A DNA stretch of 62,574 nt, counting the filler, from Platydemus manokwari (taxonomy: Eukaryota), in NCBI GenBank assembly GCA_037951405.1. It is 6 parts of 6 records of this genome, joined end to end, with 100 filler letters (N's around TTAATTAATTAA, not from the genome) between each part and the next. Parts side by side here need not be neighbours in the genome. Positions count along the whole stretch, not along the records: positions 33,378 to 43,570 come from JBBMOY011159549.1; positions 43,671 to 52,695 come from JBBMOY011312539.1; positions 52,796 to 62,574 come from JBBMOY011205321.1; 3 more parts are not named here. One strand, 5' to 3'. Each line of letters begins with the position of its first letter. The stretch's first letter is position 1. Below the pieces are notes generated by a model. It was not told the DNA's origin and did not search any database. It saw only the letters and a list, made by a program, of their open reading frames with translations. Positions 40,093 to 53,768 of this stretch are shown piece by piece. Both the position numbers and the translations under genes were made by a program.

Positions 40093-41423
40093 GTCATTAA
40101 TTAGTATATAATCATAATAATTATTAAAAATCTTATAAATTTTATAATGGAATAATTGTGTTGATGGTTTTGATGAGAATACATTGATAGTGATATTTGA
40201 ATTTATATTTCTCATCATCCCGTGTATTACTTATAACTCTCTACGAAATAATTTAATTCCTTAATGAGTCAATTAAATGATTCTGATAATTTAAATAACA
40301 TAACCACTAATAATTATAAATATATTTATCATTATTATTGTTAGCAGCTAACACCTTTTCGCTTTTTAAGTCATATTCAAAACTCATAATTCTCAATGTG
40401 TAAAAATATATTTCATATTACAGATTATCTAAATAAATATTTCTTCTTTAATAATTAATATAAAATTATTTTTAACACATTTTAATTTTTTTTTAATAAA
40501 TTATTTTTTAAATTTTGAGAGATTACAATAAATGTCTGAACAATATAAATATTAAATATTTTTAATATAATAAATTAAAAATATTTTTTGTAAATTATTA
40601 AATTTAATTTAAAAAATTAAATTTAAATTTTAAACCTCACATATAATTTTAAACCTCACATTTTAAACCTCACAAAAGTAAAAAAATTAATAATAAAACT
40701 ATTCTCTCCACAGACAGAGAACGAAAAACATAGAAATTATCAATGACCGATGTGAATAAAAATTTAAAATTAAAACATGGGAACCAATAAAAAGATAACC
40801 ACCATAATATATTTGAAATATGTAAAATAAAAATATAATAGCAATAAACTGTTTTCGTTTCTTATTTTTCTTTCTTTTGTTCGTTTTATTCCATTTTTCA
40901 ATTCACCATCGGAGATAAAAATTTATTTTTAACATAAGATCGATGATTTCGTTATATGTTTAAAATTTAGCAAATAAATATTTAGAGTAGTCTTGAAATC
41001 GATAAATATTAACGTTTTTATAATCAATAGATATTTTATAATTTTTTGCTCATTTAATAAGCAAGGTAAAAAATTGTTTTCAATCTAATGCGAGGTTCAT
41101 AATTAAATTCCGTGAAAAGTAAATCTCGTGAACAATAATAATATCAGCCTCCATATAAATAGAGAATTGTATAAATTTAAAATTATTTATCGATGAAAAC
41201 TCATGAAATTTAATGTTTGAAAATATGCTGTTAATATAATCCATGGTTTGATGAATTTAAAGAATTGACAAGTATTACAAATAAATGTATTCACTTTTAG
41301 ATAAGTATTAGATTAATATTTTAAAGCATTAAACAAGCAAAATGAATATATTAACATTTTAATTAACGAAAAACTTCTATTAATATGTTTAGTAATTGAT
41401 CAATTTAAATTTAATTAATTAAT

Positions 41424-42139
41424 ATGGATTTGAAAGGCATAACTGATTTAAAAAATGCATTTAATCAAATTCAAAGTGATTTATTATTTCTGCGTCAGAA
41501 GATATCTGACGACAATGTTGGCATATGTAATGAAATAAATTTAATGATTTCTTTCATTCGTCAAAATGAAACTTATATTGAAAGCAACAGTTTTATAAAT
41601 GATATACAAACAACCGAAAACCCATCGTTTTCCAGTTTGGGTGAATTGGAGACGCTTTGGAAATGTTACAAAGAAATGTTACAGCAAATTTTCCCATCGT
41701 TAAGTGGTGTCAATGGGATATCATCATTCCAAGAAGTGAATAAAGTTCAGACGAATGGTGGTAAGAATTCCAATAACAATACTGAACATTTTTATAATTC
41801 ATCAATTATTTAATAGAATATGATCAAATACCAAATTCTTATATACAGAGTAAAATATATTTTCCTTTACATCAAACTTTAAGCGGGAATAATTGGTCTC
41901 AAATTTGTAATCAACTAGGTTCTGAAAATATAACCATGATATCACCGGGTAATAATTCTATCAATTTGCCAGATAATGGGAAAAATACGTTCCGAAATAA
42001 TATTTATTCCGCTAATAAACTGAATGGTGGTATTAATGAAGTATTTTCAATGCATGGAGCGGGTGATTCGGTGGCTCTTCGACGATCTAAATTAGCACCC
42101 CAACCGGAAAAAGATATAGGTTGTAGAATTCGATTTTAA
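41424..42139 (+). CDS. Uncharacterised ~219-aa protein; exons 41424-41760, 41817-42139
   Basis: A 56-nt intron (GTG|GTAAGA...TAATAG|AA) joins the two ORFs in frame. Helical N-terminus, Asn-rich middle. Additional 3' exons are possible. Confidence 0.65.
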
Positions 42140-43498
42140 GCAATATCTTTCACGAATTTTTAAGATTTTTTATTTAAATAAAATTTATTATTTAAAATTA
42201 ATAAAAAATAGCATTTTAGCTTTACTAAAACATCAAATCAATTTTTTAAAATGTTATTTTATTGTTTAAGAGTAAATTATATTTTATATTTTGGTTTGAA
42301 CTCATAACAATAAAGACATGAACATAGAGATTAATTGGAAATACGAAAGAAATAACCAAGTTAATTAATTTTACAATAAGATGGTTAATAATAATGGGTA
42401 GGAATGTTCTATTCAATTTTATGCTGAGTTATATTGTAGCTTCATTTTCACCAATAATCTTATTTCTTTCAAAATGTGAGTTGCATGCATAAATGATTAA
42501 GAACAAAAAAAATCTAAAGTTTATGATTATTAAATAGAAATAATAATAAATTAATTGTACGTTATCAAAAATTTAATTCGAATGTAATGTTATTAATTTT
42601 AATGTTTGAAGATGTCGGGCTTTAATTTGGTTTAAGGAAAAAGTCTAGATTTTCGACCAAATAAGAGGATGATGGATGTTGTATTTGAAAGTTGAAGATA
42701 ACTTATGCGCACAAGTTTACACATATAATTTTATACAGCTAGTCAACATTAAAATTACTGTACTGATTATTGATCGATCGACACTTTCTATTTCGGTCGA
42801 TCCGGAACATAGAGTGGTCGAGTTGCTAAGGGTATTAGAAAAACCCTCTAAATAAAAAACTAATCATATGGCAAATTTGATTTGTGCACCATTAATTACA
42901 AAATCCAAACCTACAAAATCACGATTTATTATTAATGAAAAATTTACTAAAAACTTACCGAATGGTGCAAGTGATTTCATTTAATTCAAAACTTGAATGA
43001 ATTTAAATAAATATTTTGAATTTTAAAATTAAGAATATTTATTCTTTTATTAGAAATATTAAAAGTTGTTTAAAAAAATAATAACTACAATCAGTATAAG
43101 ACGCTGGGAACTTATTTGTATGTAAATTTAGGGAAATATGAGATAGGATTGATATATTTCTCCAATATATAGTGTGTATTGTAGCAGTCAAAGAGAAATT
43201 AACGATCATAATTTTTGATTAAAAATTTTTCTGAATTCAAAACAAAATAATTTAAGATAGAAATGAAAAAATAAAATTTCCTTTTTTATTGCTGATTGTC
43301 GGGTAAAATCAATACTGTACGAAATCCAAGACAGAATTCGACTTCAAACACTTTATATGAAATATCTATTCGAACTATATATGATTTTGTAGCTGATAGA
43401 ATATTTTTAAATTATAGAAATTTCGTTTCAATAATATTGTAAATTATAGATATGCATTTTTAAAATCTATCGACATTTTGTTATTAAAAATTATTTTA

Positions 43499-43570
43499 TT
43501 AGGTTGGTGCAAAAATAATGGCCGTTATCTAACAGCAACTTTAAAAGACTATAACTCGCTTAAAAAATAA
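43499..43570 (+). mobile_element. Mariner terminal inverted repeat (cecropia/Hsmar1-like), truncated by gap
   Basis: TA followed by TTAGGTTGGTGCAAAAATAATGGCCGTT; 25/28 identical to the Hsmar1 ITR as recalled. Confidence 0.75.
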
Positions 43571-43670
43571 NNNNNNNNNNNNNNNNNNNNNNNNNNNNNN
43601 NNNNNNNNNNNNNNTTAATTAATTAANNNNNNNNNNNNNNNNNNNNNNNNNNNNNNNNNNNNNNNNNNNN
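43571..43670. other. Artificial assembly linker
   Basis: N44-TTAATTAATTAA-N44. Confidence 0.97.
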
Positions 43671-45699
43671 ATTAAGTTTCTTTAAGTCTTCTCTTAATCT
43701 TCTTTATATCACTCATATCTTGTCGATGACTTCTTTCTTCTTCGCTATGCTTTCATGTCGTAGACCTTCTCAGAATTGATTCCAAATACTTGGTCAGCAT
43801 GGAAACCACTACTGTTTTACAAAACACGCATTGAAAACAAACCGAAACTCATGGAACACAAAATCATATTTATCTAAAATTATTTAAACAAATTAAAAAA
43901 ATTTCTAATATAATCATTTCAAATTTATTTTATCACAAAAACTCCTCCATTTAAATTAAACATTTTTTACCCTCAGAGATTTCCTTAATAATTAGACAAT
44001 CCATTTGAAACAGTCGATTTTATCTTAAACCAATTTAGAATCAATGAATATTTAATTGTTTAATTAGTTTTCTCTAATATTTCTCAATATTGATTATTCT
44101 CCACCAATTAAATTATGATAAATCAAAAATCATAATAAATAAATCAATAAAGCGTCAAAAATTTTTTTTAATTAATGTTAACGGTTTTTTTATTACTTAC
44201 AGATTTATTATCATGATAAGATTTTGATTTTCAACAGCTTAAAAACAACCCCATCTAATTTTTATTTGATCATATTTCTCATTGAAGCCGTTGTAAAACA
44301 TTAATCAAAGCCGTTTACATCAAAAATAAATCTAATAAAATATAAAAGTTTTTTCCTCAAAATTGTGAGCTATCTTTATATTCATGAGAAATATGGATAA
44401 TTTAGATTATCGATCTTGACCCAGTGTATTTATTGGTGTAATAAATTGAGATCTATTAAAACTTTATAAGTTGTTTATCATAAAAATAAAAAAACAGCGA
44501 AGTTGGAAATATGATTTGATTTTGTGGATTATCTTTTAATAAATGCAACTTGTGTAGCTCAAAAATAGACCGTAAAGGTAAGCGTTGAATTTTATTTTTT
44601 TACAAAAAACGAAAATTTCCAATTATAAGTGAATGTGCTCTACTAGTTATTCTGTTTCCGTTTTGAGATTCTCTGATAATTTCACTGTTTTAATTTCAAA
44701 TTATTAATTTGTGTTTCTGTAATGTTATCAACTCATGAAAATCTACAATTTCTGTTTTCATTTTTGATTCCTAGCAAATTCAGTTAGCTAAACACGATTA
44801 GAACAATACCGTCACCATAGTTCGACAACATTTATAACCAACAATTGCATCCGTATTGATTTTCCAATTCATTTTATTTACTGAGTTGTCTCATTGTTTA
44901 AATACCGTTTTCTAAAGCATGCATTTAGCTCTTCAAAGTGCAAATCGATATAGTCCGACATTTAATAACGTATTTTTAAACAAATTAAAATATCATTTTG
45001 TGAAAATATACATTAATGGACAACTATTGATTGATATTTACTTAAATAGATTTCTACACAAGCACTATCTTTAAATTTATTATTGAATTCTGAGGATTAG
45101 GTAATAAAATATTTATACAAAAATCGAATATCGATATAATCAAATTCATTGATTAGTGTCTCATCAGAATACATTTGTTTATTTGACATGTTTTCTTATT
45201 TTTAACTATTTAATGTTTGTTTTAATCAATAATTTAAATTTGCAATTTATTTCAAAACTTTTTATTTCAATAAAGTAAATCAATATTTTTAAATCCACAA
45301 AATATGATCTGAGTTCTACTTTGTGCATCTGAAAACTCGGTCACATTTATATTCGAAAATTTGTTTGCAAATATTTGTCGTTATTGAAATATTTCATCGA
45401 TTTTCGGATAAATTCGATTGTATTTTGATGTATTTGTAAAAATGAAATTATTGATTTTCATTTAGTGCGGACTGTTTGTTTTTACCAGGTTATTACTTTT
45501 CAGAGGAATCCGGTTAGTAGTAGAAACGATAAAAATAATATAAAAATAAATAAACAGATGAGGATAAATCAGAATATTTAATTATTAAATCAAATATTGT
45601 AAAATGGTAGTCACAAAATATCGATTTACAAATATCAAATCAATAAAGTAAACAAAAATTATTCGATAACAATTAACTAGGGTTTTGGTTAAACTTTTA

Positions 45700-46150
45700 A
45701 TTAGAGGCTATTGTTTTATGTTATACTCTAATAGTCCCTTGTTCTGAGAGCAGCAAAGTTATTGAGTTTTAGTTTAGAATAGTTGAGATCTACGAATCCG
45801 GCAACTATACCGATAAGAGAATGGAAATTTAATAACTTTAGGTGATGGCTGAATGAATGATTTGGCCAGGTCCAAAACACTTTTAATTAAAATCATTGAT
45901 AAAATGGTCATTATAGAATACGTTTGATTGGCTAAAATAATGGAAATTAAAATTCCTGTTTAGAACAACGGCTTAGAAAATAATTTAACTTCTCTCATTG
46001 TTAACTATAATCGATAAGGAACTGCTTGAAAAAGAGTTATTGGTTTGATTAGCTGAGTAATGTTAACAATGAACTGTTTTCGTAGAATAGTAGAAAAATC
46101 ATTTAAAAATGTACTTTTACAATAATTTATTGGCGTCTTTAACGTTACTT
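45700..46150 (-). mobile_element. Highly degenerate non-LTR reverse transcriptase fragment
   Basis: Minus-strand SVLDLAKSF (LDLAKAF motif) among many stops. Boundaries approximate. Confidence 0.35.
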
Positions 46151-46917
46151 CTTCAAAATAATCAACTAATATTGATTTCTAGTTTTTTCAAATAGTGTGC
46201 TTTTTGTACAATAGTAGCGGAAGGTTTTCCTTATCATATTTTTCTTTTTTTTTCTTCGTTTCGGCGAATTATCTATTTTATTATTTTTATATTTTATTTG
46301 ATCTATTTTTAGTGGAACACATTTTAGTTTTAATTGTGGTAACCTTTGATTATTTTATCTATTTTTGGTATTATCAAATTTGTCGGGTTACTTCTAAACA
46401 ATTAACAAATTGCTGATTCCAAAAACTAGAAGTCTCACTTTATTTTCATCTGCATACTTCTCAGCATGACCTATCAGATAAATACTCAACATACTTCTCA
46501 AAATATAAACAAAATCTGAATTCCAGTTAGAAGTTGGCCATCTGTACAGCGACACTTATATTCAAGATCTGTGTGTAAATTTTTTTGCCATGTTGTATAA
46601 CATTTTTTTCGATTTCTGCTTTTTTCTGTTTGTATTTGGCTTATTAGTTTTTACATGAGTGGAATTCGTAAGTTGCCACGTGTGTGTTGTTGTGTGGCTG
46701 TTTCCTTTTTCCATTTATCGATTACCATATAACTCCACTGTGATTAATTTCAGTACCCAAAAAATATTTACATCTATCGATTTATTTAAAAATATCCCAT
46801 TATAATCATTGGAAGGACAAACAAAACTGTCATCAGTCTCGATACTCTTACTGAAATAATTTTTGAAATACTGATTGTCCATGAGTTTTATTTTTACGCA
46901 GCACAGTTTTATTCTGA

Positions 46918-47265
46918 TTGATGGTAACTAATATCGAGAAGAAAAATATTTATCTTGTAGATATGAAATGTCCAATTGGTTCGTTGAAAAACTTTGAGAA
47001 ATGGGTCAAAAATTATACAACTCACTATACCGACTTTAGAAACCAGTTAACCAAACTGAAACCAGACTTCAATATTGAGCTTTTAACCTACATTATAAAC
47101 TCCTTCGGTACAGTTCCAGTCTCAACTGAAGCAATTTTAGGACAAATTGGAGTGCCAAAGACAAAAATCCGAAACCTGTTCAAAGAATGCTCAGTAGAAA
47201 ACAATGAACACTCAGCAAAAATCTGTCATTCCCACTCAACTGGTGTTTTGATAGATTACATCTAA
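46918..47265 (+). mobile_element. 3' fragment of an RLE-type (NeSL/Utopia-like) non-LTR retrotransposon endonuclease
   Basis: IYLVDMKCP....NF....Y..Y......IINSFGTVP....L.QIGVP......L.KECS..N..HSAKI..H.TG matches the DxxCP...K-Y...VGSLG-W RLE C-terminus pattern. Confidence 0.7.
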
Positions 47266-50200
47266 CCTATAAAACATAAAAAATGTTCCAAACCGAAGAG
47301 AGCCGAGATGACTGAAAGAAGAAAGCAACATTGTAATAAACCGATGACATCACGAATCAAAATCTATCCTAGACAAATAAACCAAATTTGTATTTTGATA
47401 AATCTTATGACATACTCAATATTAAAATTTATAAAATTAAGTGTTATAATCAATAACAATCGTTTCGATGTAGCTTGCAAAAATTCATTACCAATAATTG
47501 GGATATTCAATTGAAGATGATTTCAAACATTATTACAAAATATTTTAAACAGAATGAATTAATTCCAGATAAAAAACAGGAAGGAAGACGTTGTTATGCT
47601 GGTAATTAAATTGCTTTTGTATTTTTTTTGATCTTTCATGAAATAAGTCTGGTTCAAAGATAAAAATGCAAATTAATGATAATTCCTGTTATCAAAAGCT
47701 TTTTGGAATTTACTTTCGAAAATTTATGATTGTCAGTGGGAGCTTATGGATTTTCAATGGGCTTTGGGAGTTACCTGTCTGTCATTCCGGATTCTAAGAA
47801 TTGATAGTTAAATATTTTATCAAATTGTTTTCAAAAGATAAATTTCTCAACAGTCTCTGTTGGAAACAACAATGAAAAAGTTTGAAAATATTTTTTTATT
47901 CCAAATTTGAAAAAAAATAAAATTACCAGTGGACACATAAGAACAACGACAAACGTATTGATTATTGTTTATGGACATCTGGAATTAGGAATGATTAAAG
48001 TAATAATTCCACAACAATTTATCAAATTTCAAAAACCGCGTTATTCAAACCATGGTTCAATACAAAATGTTCAGTGTCAATAAAGAGATTGGCAAAAAAT
48101 AATTTAATAAAATTTAAAAATAATTTTAATAATAATTTATTTTATAATATCTTTTAAATAAACCTGATTAAATCAATATTATTGATTTTATTTAGAAATT
48201 TTTAAAATGAAAATAATTTTATTAATTTTGATAAGATTTGTTTTAATTCTGAAATACATTTGGTTCCAGTTCCAAAATAAAAAAAATGATAAATCACTAA
48301 AAATAATAAATCAATAAAATAAAAATTAAAGACATAAAAAATTAAAGGTATTGTACTGACTAATGAAACAAAGAAGTGTAACACTTGTTTACAAAGATAA
48401 AATAGTATCCAATAACAATAATTGATGATACTAATACAAATAAAATGTTATTACCATAGTAACATAACAATCGAATTTTTCAATTTTCTTTGATTTTGCA
48501 CGAGATACAATACCTATTCTCATTCAAGCAAAATTAGATAAGAAAAATCAATAAATTTATTACAAGCACCTGAAGGACTATTCCCACCGCATCGTGTCGA
48601 TATTTTTTGTGTTAAATTAGTTTATTAGTTACTTATAACTTTATAAATCGATTCCTCTGTTAGTTCAATGGATCGAATCTCAACACAAAATTTTAGTAGC
48701 TTATTTGTTCACAATCAGTTTTGAATTTCATTTCAACTCACAAAAAATTGCGATTTTTACAAACAGATTTTCCAACACGATTTGGAGCCTTGATTCGATT
48801 TGACATTCAACAATCAATTAAAAAGAACAGGATAACAAGTGATGTTCTTAGATGAAATAAAATCCCAATCACTATCGTCGTGTGAGATGAGTCAGATAAA
48901 GTCGAGGAAACAATTCGAGTAAAAAAATCGTTTCCCCGACTATTTTTATAATTTTTTTTAAATCACAGATTTTTCTTACTGGTTCGTTTGTATATTTTCA
49001 TTATTTTTGTTGGATTGGTAACAAGATAAATCAAATAAAATTAAATAAATTAAACTCAAAAATATCATGATTGAGGTAGCCCATTTGATTTTAAATCAAA
49101 TTTAGTCATGAATCGATTTCGTCTCAAATTTTAAAAGGACTAAATTACCATTTCATTGCCAAAATAATAACGAAATCAAAACGGTGGAGAATAATTTAGC
49201 TCGTTCGTTTAATTTACTATTAATAATAAAATAATTATTTTCTGTCTCGTTATTTGAATATGTATACCATCAAAATTCGTTCTGTGCGAATTGCCTGAAC
49301 GTGGCAGAATTTTGTTTTATAATGACTTGATGTCTTGATGGAGAGAGTAACGATGTTAATATAAATTTTTATACCGTGTTTTTATACAGATTTATTTTGG
49401 ATTATACTACTGTTTTATTTCATACTATCTGCTCTTATCTGGTACCTCAGGAGTAACTGTTATAATAATATTAATAGTATTACATTGCACTAATGACAGT
49501 TTTTCAAATCTGTTGACAGACAATTTAGAATCTGATGTATATCTTTGAACTAACTACTTAAAGAGTCATGTATATGTATATATATGCTGGATAGGTTACA
49601 ACAACAAACAAATATATCCAAGGAAACCATTGAAATAACCCTCCAAAGGTTGATTCACACATATTTGACAAGCATATGTGCAAATATCCAATCAGAACCT
49701 TTCTACATGTTAAACTATATATAGAACTCGATAACCGATTGGGTTACATTGAAAACAGCCAACAAATATCGGGATAAGGCAATGGCAATAGACTTACAGC
49801 AGATTTTGTTAACAAGCATAAATGTGAAATGGTCTATCGAATGAAAATTGAAGTCTTGAGGCATCAAATGAACAATAAAATGAGTTGGACGCCAATATTT
49901 TTTTGATTTTCTGACAATCAGTCATGATGGTTGTTTGAGTGAAGCTGTTTAACTTTCGGTTACGTTTTGTAATGGATCTTCAATTATAATTTTGGTATTG
50001 AGCGTCAGTCAATATTCGTTATATACTTGAAATAATTTATTTTTTTAAAATTTTATAATAATTTTAATTTACTGAAACCATTATTATTTTATGACTGTAT
50101 CATTCATGTCTACTGTAGCATTTCAGAATTTTAAATGCCCAGCACGATATATTTTAATTATATCCACGAAATATATTTGTAAGACATTTCATATTGTTTT

Positions 50201-52624
50201 GGATAAGAAGATATATTTCAAGTCCTAAGATGTCTGTTATTGATTATTTTTGTCTTTTTTCTTCTTCATTAATAATTCACATTAATCGATGATTTGTTTA
50301 TTTAAAATGTTAGATTTTCTATTTTGAGTTTTCGAATTTAGACAACAATGTCGATGAATGTGGTATAAATCGGGAAAAAATAATACATGTTTACTATCAT
50401 TAAGGTAAAACAAATCTTGTTTGTGTTTTGATTAAGTTGACTTTAATTAGTATTAAAACAAAAAATTAGCGGCTTTAATTAACTCTTTGTAGAAACCTTT
50501 GTTGAGAGGAACCTCATTACAAAAATATCCATTATCACGATGAAAGACAAAGAAATGAAAAAAGTCAAACAACCGTTTGAAGTCGAAAGATGTTTTGAAC
50601 TCGAAATTTTAAACAGTCAACATTATTTATTATTATTGTCATGTTTAAGCTTGGGTTTTCGTTAATATTTACTATCTAATTTTCATGAAATATTATTGAT
50701 AATACATTGAAATAATCAATAAAAACATTATTAGACTTTCAGAATCTCAAATAGTCAAGTGCTGCGGTGCTTACAGCTATTCATTGTGTGACAAGAAACC
50801 TAATAAACAAGTCAATAATTCATCAAATAATTGATTTAGATTTACGGCCATCGAGGAGCTGTTGTGATTTAATATCCCTCTCAGTTAATAATAATAATAA
50901 AATTATTTTTAAGTGTTAGCAAAAATAATAAAGAAAATGGTATTGTTGGACGAGAGTACATACTGACTTCTACCTTCTACTCTTTTGTTAAAAACATATT
51001 TAAAATTATTTAAGAAATTCAACCCGAAAATCCATTTAAATATATCTTTTATGAAAACGATCATTGAAAAGATTTTAACTTTGAAGTCATAACTTCTACA
51101 TTTCTTTAAATTCATTGGCTTTCATCTTATTAATTCTGTTAATATCCCATTTTAAATTATCTACATTATTTTAAATATATATCCTAATTTCTTCTTCATG
51201 GTATCCTATAAGCGCTATTTTCTATCTTCTCCGGATTGAATTCAACTGAGAAGTCATCATGGGAGTAGCTACTGCTTCATTGCAAACGAATTGAAAACAA
51301 TTAAAAACATTCGAACAGAAGAATATATTTAATAAAAATATAGAAATAAATTAAATTGATTATTTATTTATTTAATATCAATATATTTTCTACTTAAAAT
51401 AATCATCTAAGTAATAACTGGCATTTAAATCATCACAATCCGATAATCTCTTCACTGCTGCTTATCGTTGACATTTGTTAATATCTTTTTGATCAATTTA
51501 AACCGCAAAAATAATTGTTACAATTTGAAACCCAACTATTATGTTGCCATTATGACATTCTTTCACTCATTATTGAGTTAAAATTGTCCGGGAATTAGTG
51601 AATGGAAGAAAAATGCAAGCTTCTCATACAAAGGCGAAACAATCAAATCTATATGAAATTTGAAAATCTAATTAGCTGATTAGGTTTGGTTTCATTTTGC
51701 TTTTTTCGAACAAAACGATAATTTCACGTTTTTCAATCCATGGAAAAGATTTTAGAAAATAATCAAAATATTACCAAATACAAATGTTTTTGGTTGATTG
51801 GTTATTTAATTAACAGTTGGTTCTGTTAATGTTTATAATTCTCTTAATTAGTAAGAAACTCAGAATAGACAAGTCAATAAACATAAACAATTATTACATG
51901 TGATTTCATGGAATTGTGTTTTTAAGATGTCTTTATTTTTTGAAATGAGTCACATTATAAAGTTTTAAAAACATTAAATTTAAATTTAGAAAATGTAATT
52001 TACAAATTAATTAAACTTACTAAATTAGAAAATAATATATATATATATATACTGATTTATAAAAAATAAAAAAATAATAAAATTAGGTAATACATTTTGA
52101 TTGCCACTTTTTAGAGCTCCAACTGTTTGACTTCTATTCCACACAATGCAATTCAGTTGATATCGAGTTACAAAGTCAGATCAAACTACAGGCACATATA
52201 CTAATTCGAACAATTTTATTGTATACATGTATTATATTCAGGTAAGTACAATGACACGATCAAATATCTTGAACTGAATATCGATATTAATTACAAAAAA
52301 TTTGGGAAGACGTATTAAAATGCATAAATGTAAAAAAGAAAAAATGAATGTCATAATTCAGATTATTTGTTTCTTTTTCAATTTCTGTTACTCACAGATT
52401 TACTCGGGTATTTAAAATGAAGGTTTACTCGTCCTTTTAATATTGGTGATCGGATTTTGTATATTTCTTATTGATTTTAGAATCAAAATTAATTATTTGT
52501 ATTGATTTTTGTCTATATTATTTTTTTCCGTGTTTTGTTGGAATTTTATCATTGTTGTTCTCTGGCTTTTACCTCGTTAAGGATTGCTTAAAAAAATTTC
52601 AGTTAATTATTTTTTATGAACAAT

Positions 52625-52625
<1 letters not shown>

Positions 52626-52695
<70 letters not shown>
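52626..52695 (+). repeat. (AAT)n microsatellite at contig end
   Basis: Perfect AAT run into the gap. Confidence 0.95.
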
Positions 52696-52795
52696 NNNNN
52701 NNNNNNNNNNNNNNNNNNNNNNNNNNNNNNNNNNNNNNNTTAATTAATTAANNNNNNNNNNNNNNNNNNNNNNNNNNNNNNNNNNNNNNNNNNNN
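52696..52795. other. Artificial assembly linker
   Basis: N44-TTAATTAATTAA-N44. Confidence 0.97.
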
Positions 52796-52852
<57 letters not shown>

Positions 52853-52872
52853 ATTATTATTATTATTATTAT
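52796..52872 (+). repeat. (ATT)n microsatellite at contig start, decaying into ATT-rich low complexity
   Basis: Near-perfect ATT run. Confidence 0.93.
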
Positions 52873-53212
52873 CGTCATTATTTTTAGCATTGAAAATAAC
52901 ATTCTTTTTATTAGAATATTATTATTGCCATTATTATTATTGTCACTGTTATTAGCACTATTAATATTTTTTTATTATTACAGTTGTTAAATTTATTATT
53001 ATTATACTAGTATCCTATCTATTATTATTATTACTATAATAATTATTATTATTTTATTATATTTTCCAATTAGGCCACTATGTAAGACAATCTAAAACCA
53101 ATCTCAATGGCTTAGGCATTCTAATGACCTGGTTTGATATTTAAGATATAAAATAATCATTATCAATGAACCAATTATATTTTATTCAATATTACTAATG
53201 AATATCGCTGAC

Positions 53213-53768
53213 CTGAATAAAAGTACGCGGCTAAAAAAAAGGATCACAAGCAAGCATTAGAAATTGACCTGGTAAACCATGTGTTTATTAGAATATTGAA
53301 CCAATCAAATGTAAACATGCTAACAAATTCATGTGAGTAATCGAGAGAAATAGACGACACAATTCAACAAGTAAGAAACCAGTCAATGAACGAAATAGTA
53401 CAGAATTTAATGAAAAAAATTGTAATTTCAAGGAATTAACGATAATTCTGAAGCAACGATTGACTTTTTGATGGAGAATATAAAACATGAGGCAATTGAT
53501 AAACAAAATATAAATTTATCTCTGATAACAGACGAAAACATTATTTGATTAACTCGTGTATCGAAATGGCATTATTTATGTCTTAGATTAATATTTTATT
53601 ATTATTATTTTTTTTAATTTTTCTTCAAATTTTCTTGTTTCTTTGAGACTGTTATAGGAATGTATTTATTAAAACAAATTAGAAATTTCCATACCTCCAT
53701 CCTAGTTGCACGTGTTGTATTATACTCTCCTTTCGCATCAAGTCTGTGGATTGTTTTCCTTCAGTCAT
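53213..53768 (-). CDS. Candidate first coding exon (53768-53695) plus 18-nt micro-exon (53230-53213) of an unidentified gene
   Basis: ATG...TGGAG|GTATGG encodes MTEGKQSTDLMRKESIIQHVQLGW. The micro-exon is flanked by TTTTTTTTAG and CAG|GTCAG and is phase-compatible (SRVLLF). No homology recognised. Confidence 0.3.

Noticed and set aside
42808-42840. tRNA A-box-like agtggtcgagttgctaagg
   Set aside because: No B-box or acceptor stem downstream.
42866-42985. Plus-strand NLICAPL as the next PDE2 exon (NILCFPI)
   Set aside because: No suitable acceptor, and the downstream sequence does not resemble GAF-B.
52115-52241. Isolated plus-strand exon candidate ending CAG|GTAAGT
   Set aside because: One open frame but no homology or partner exon identified.
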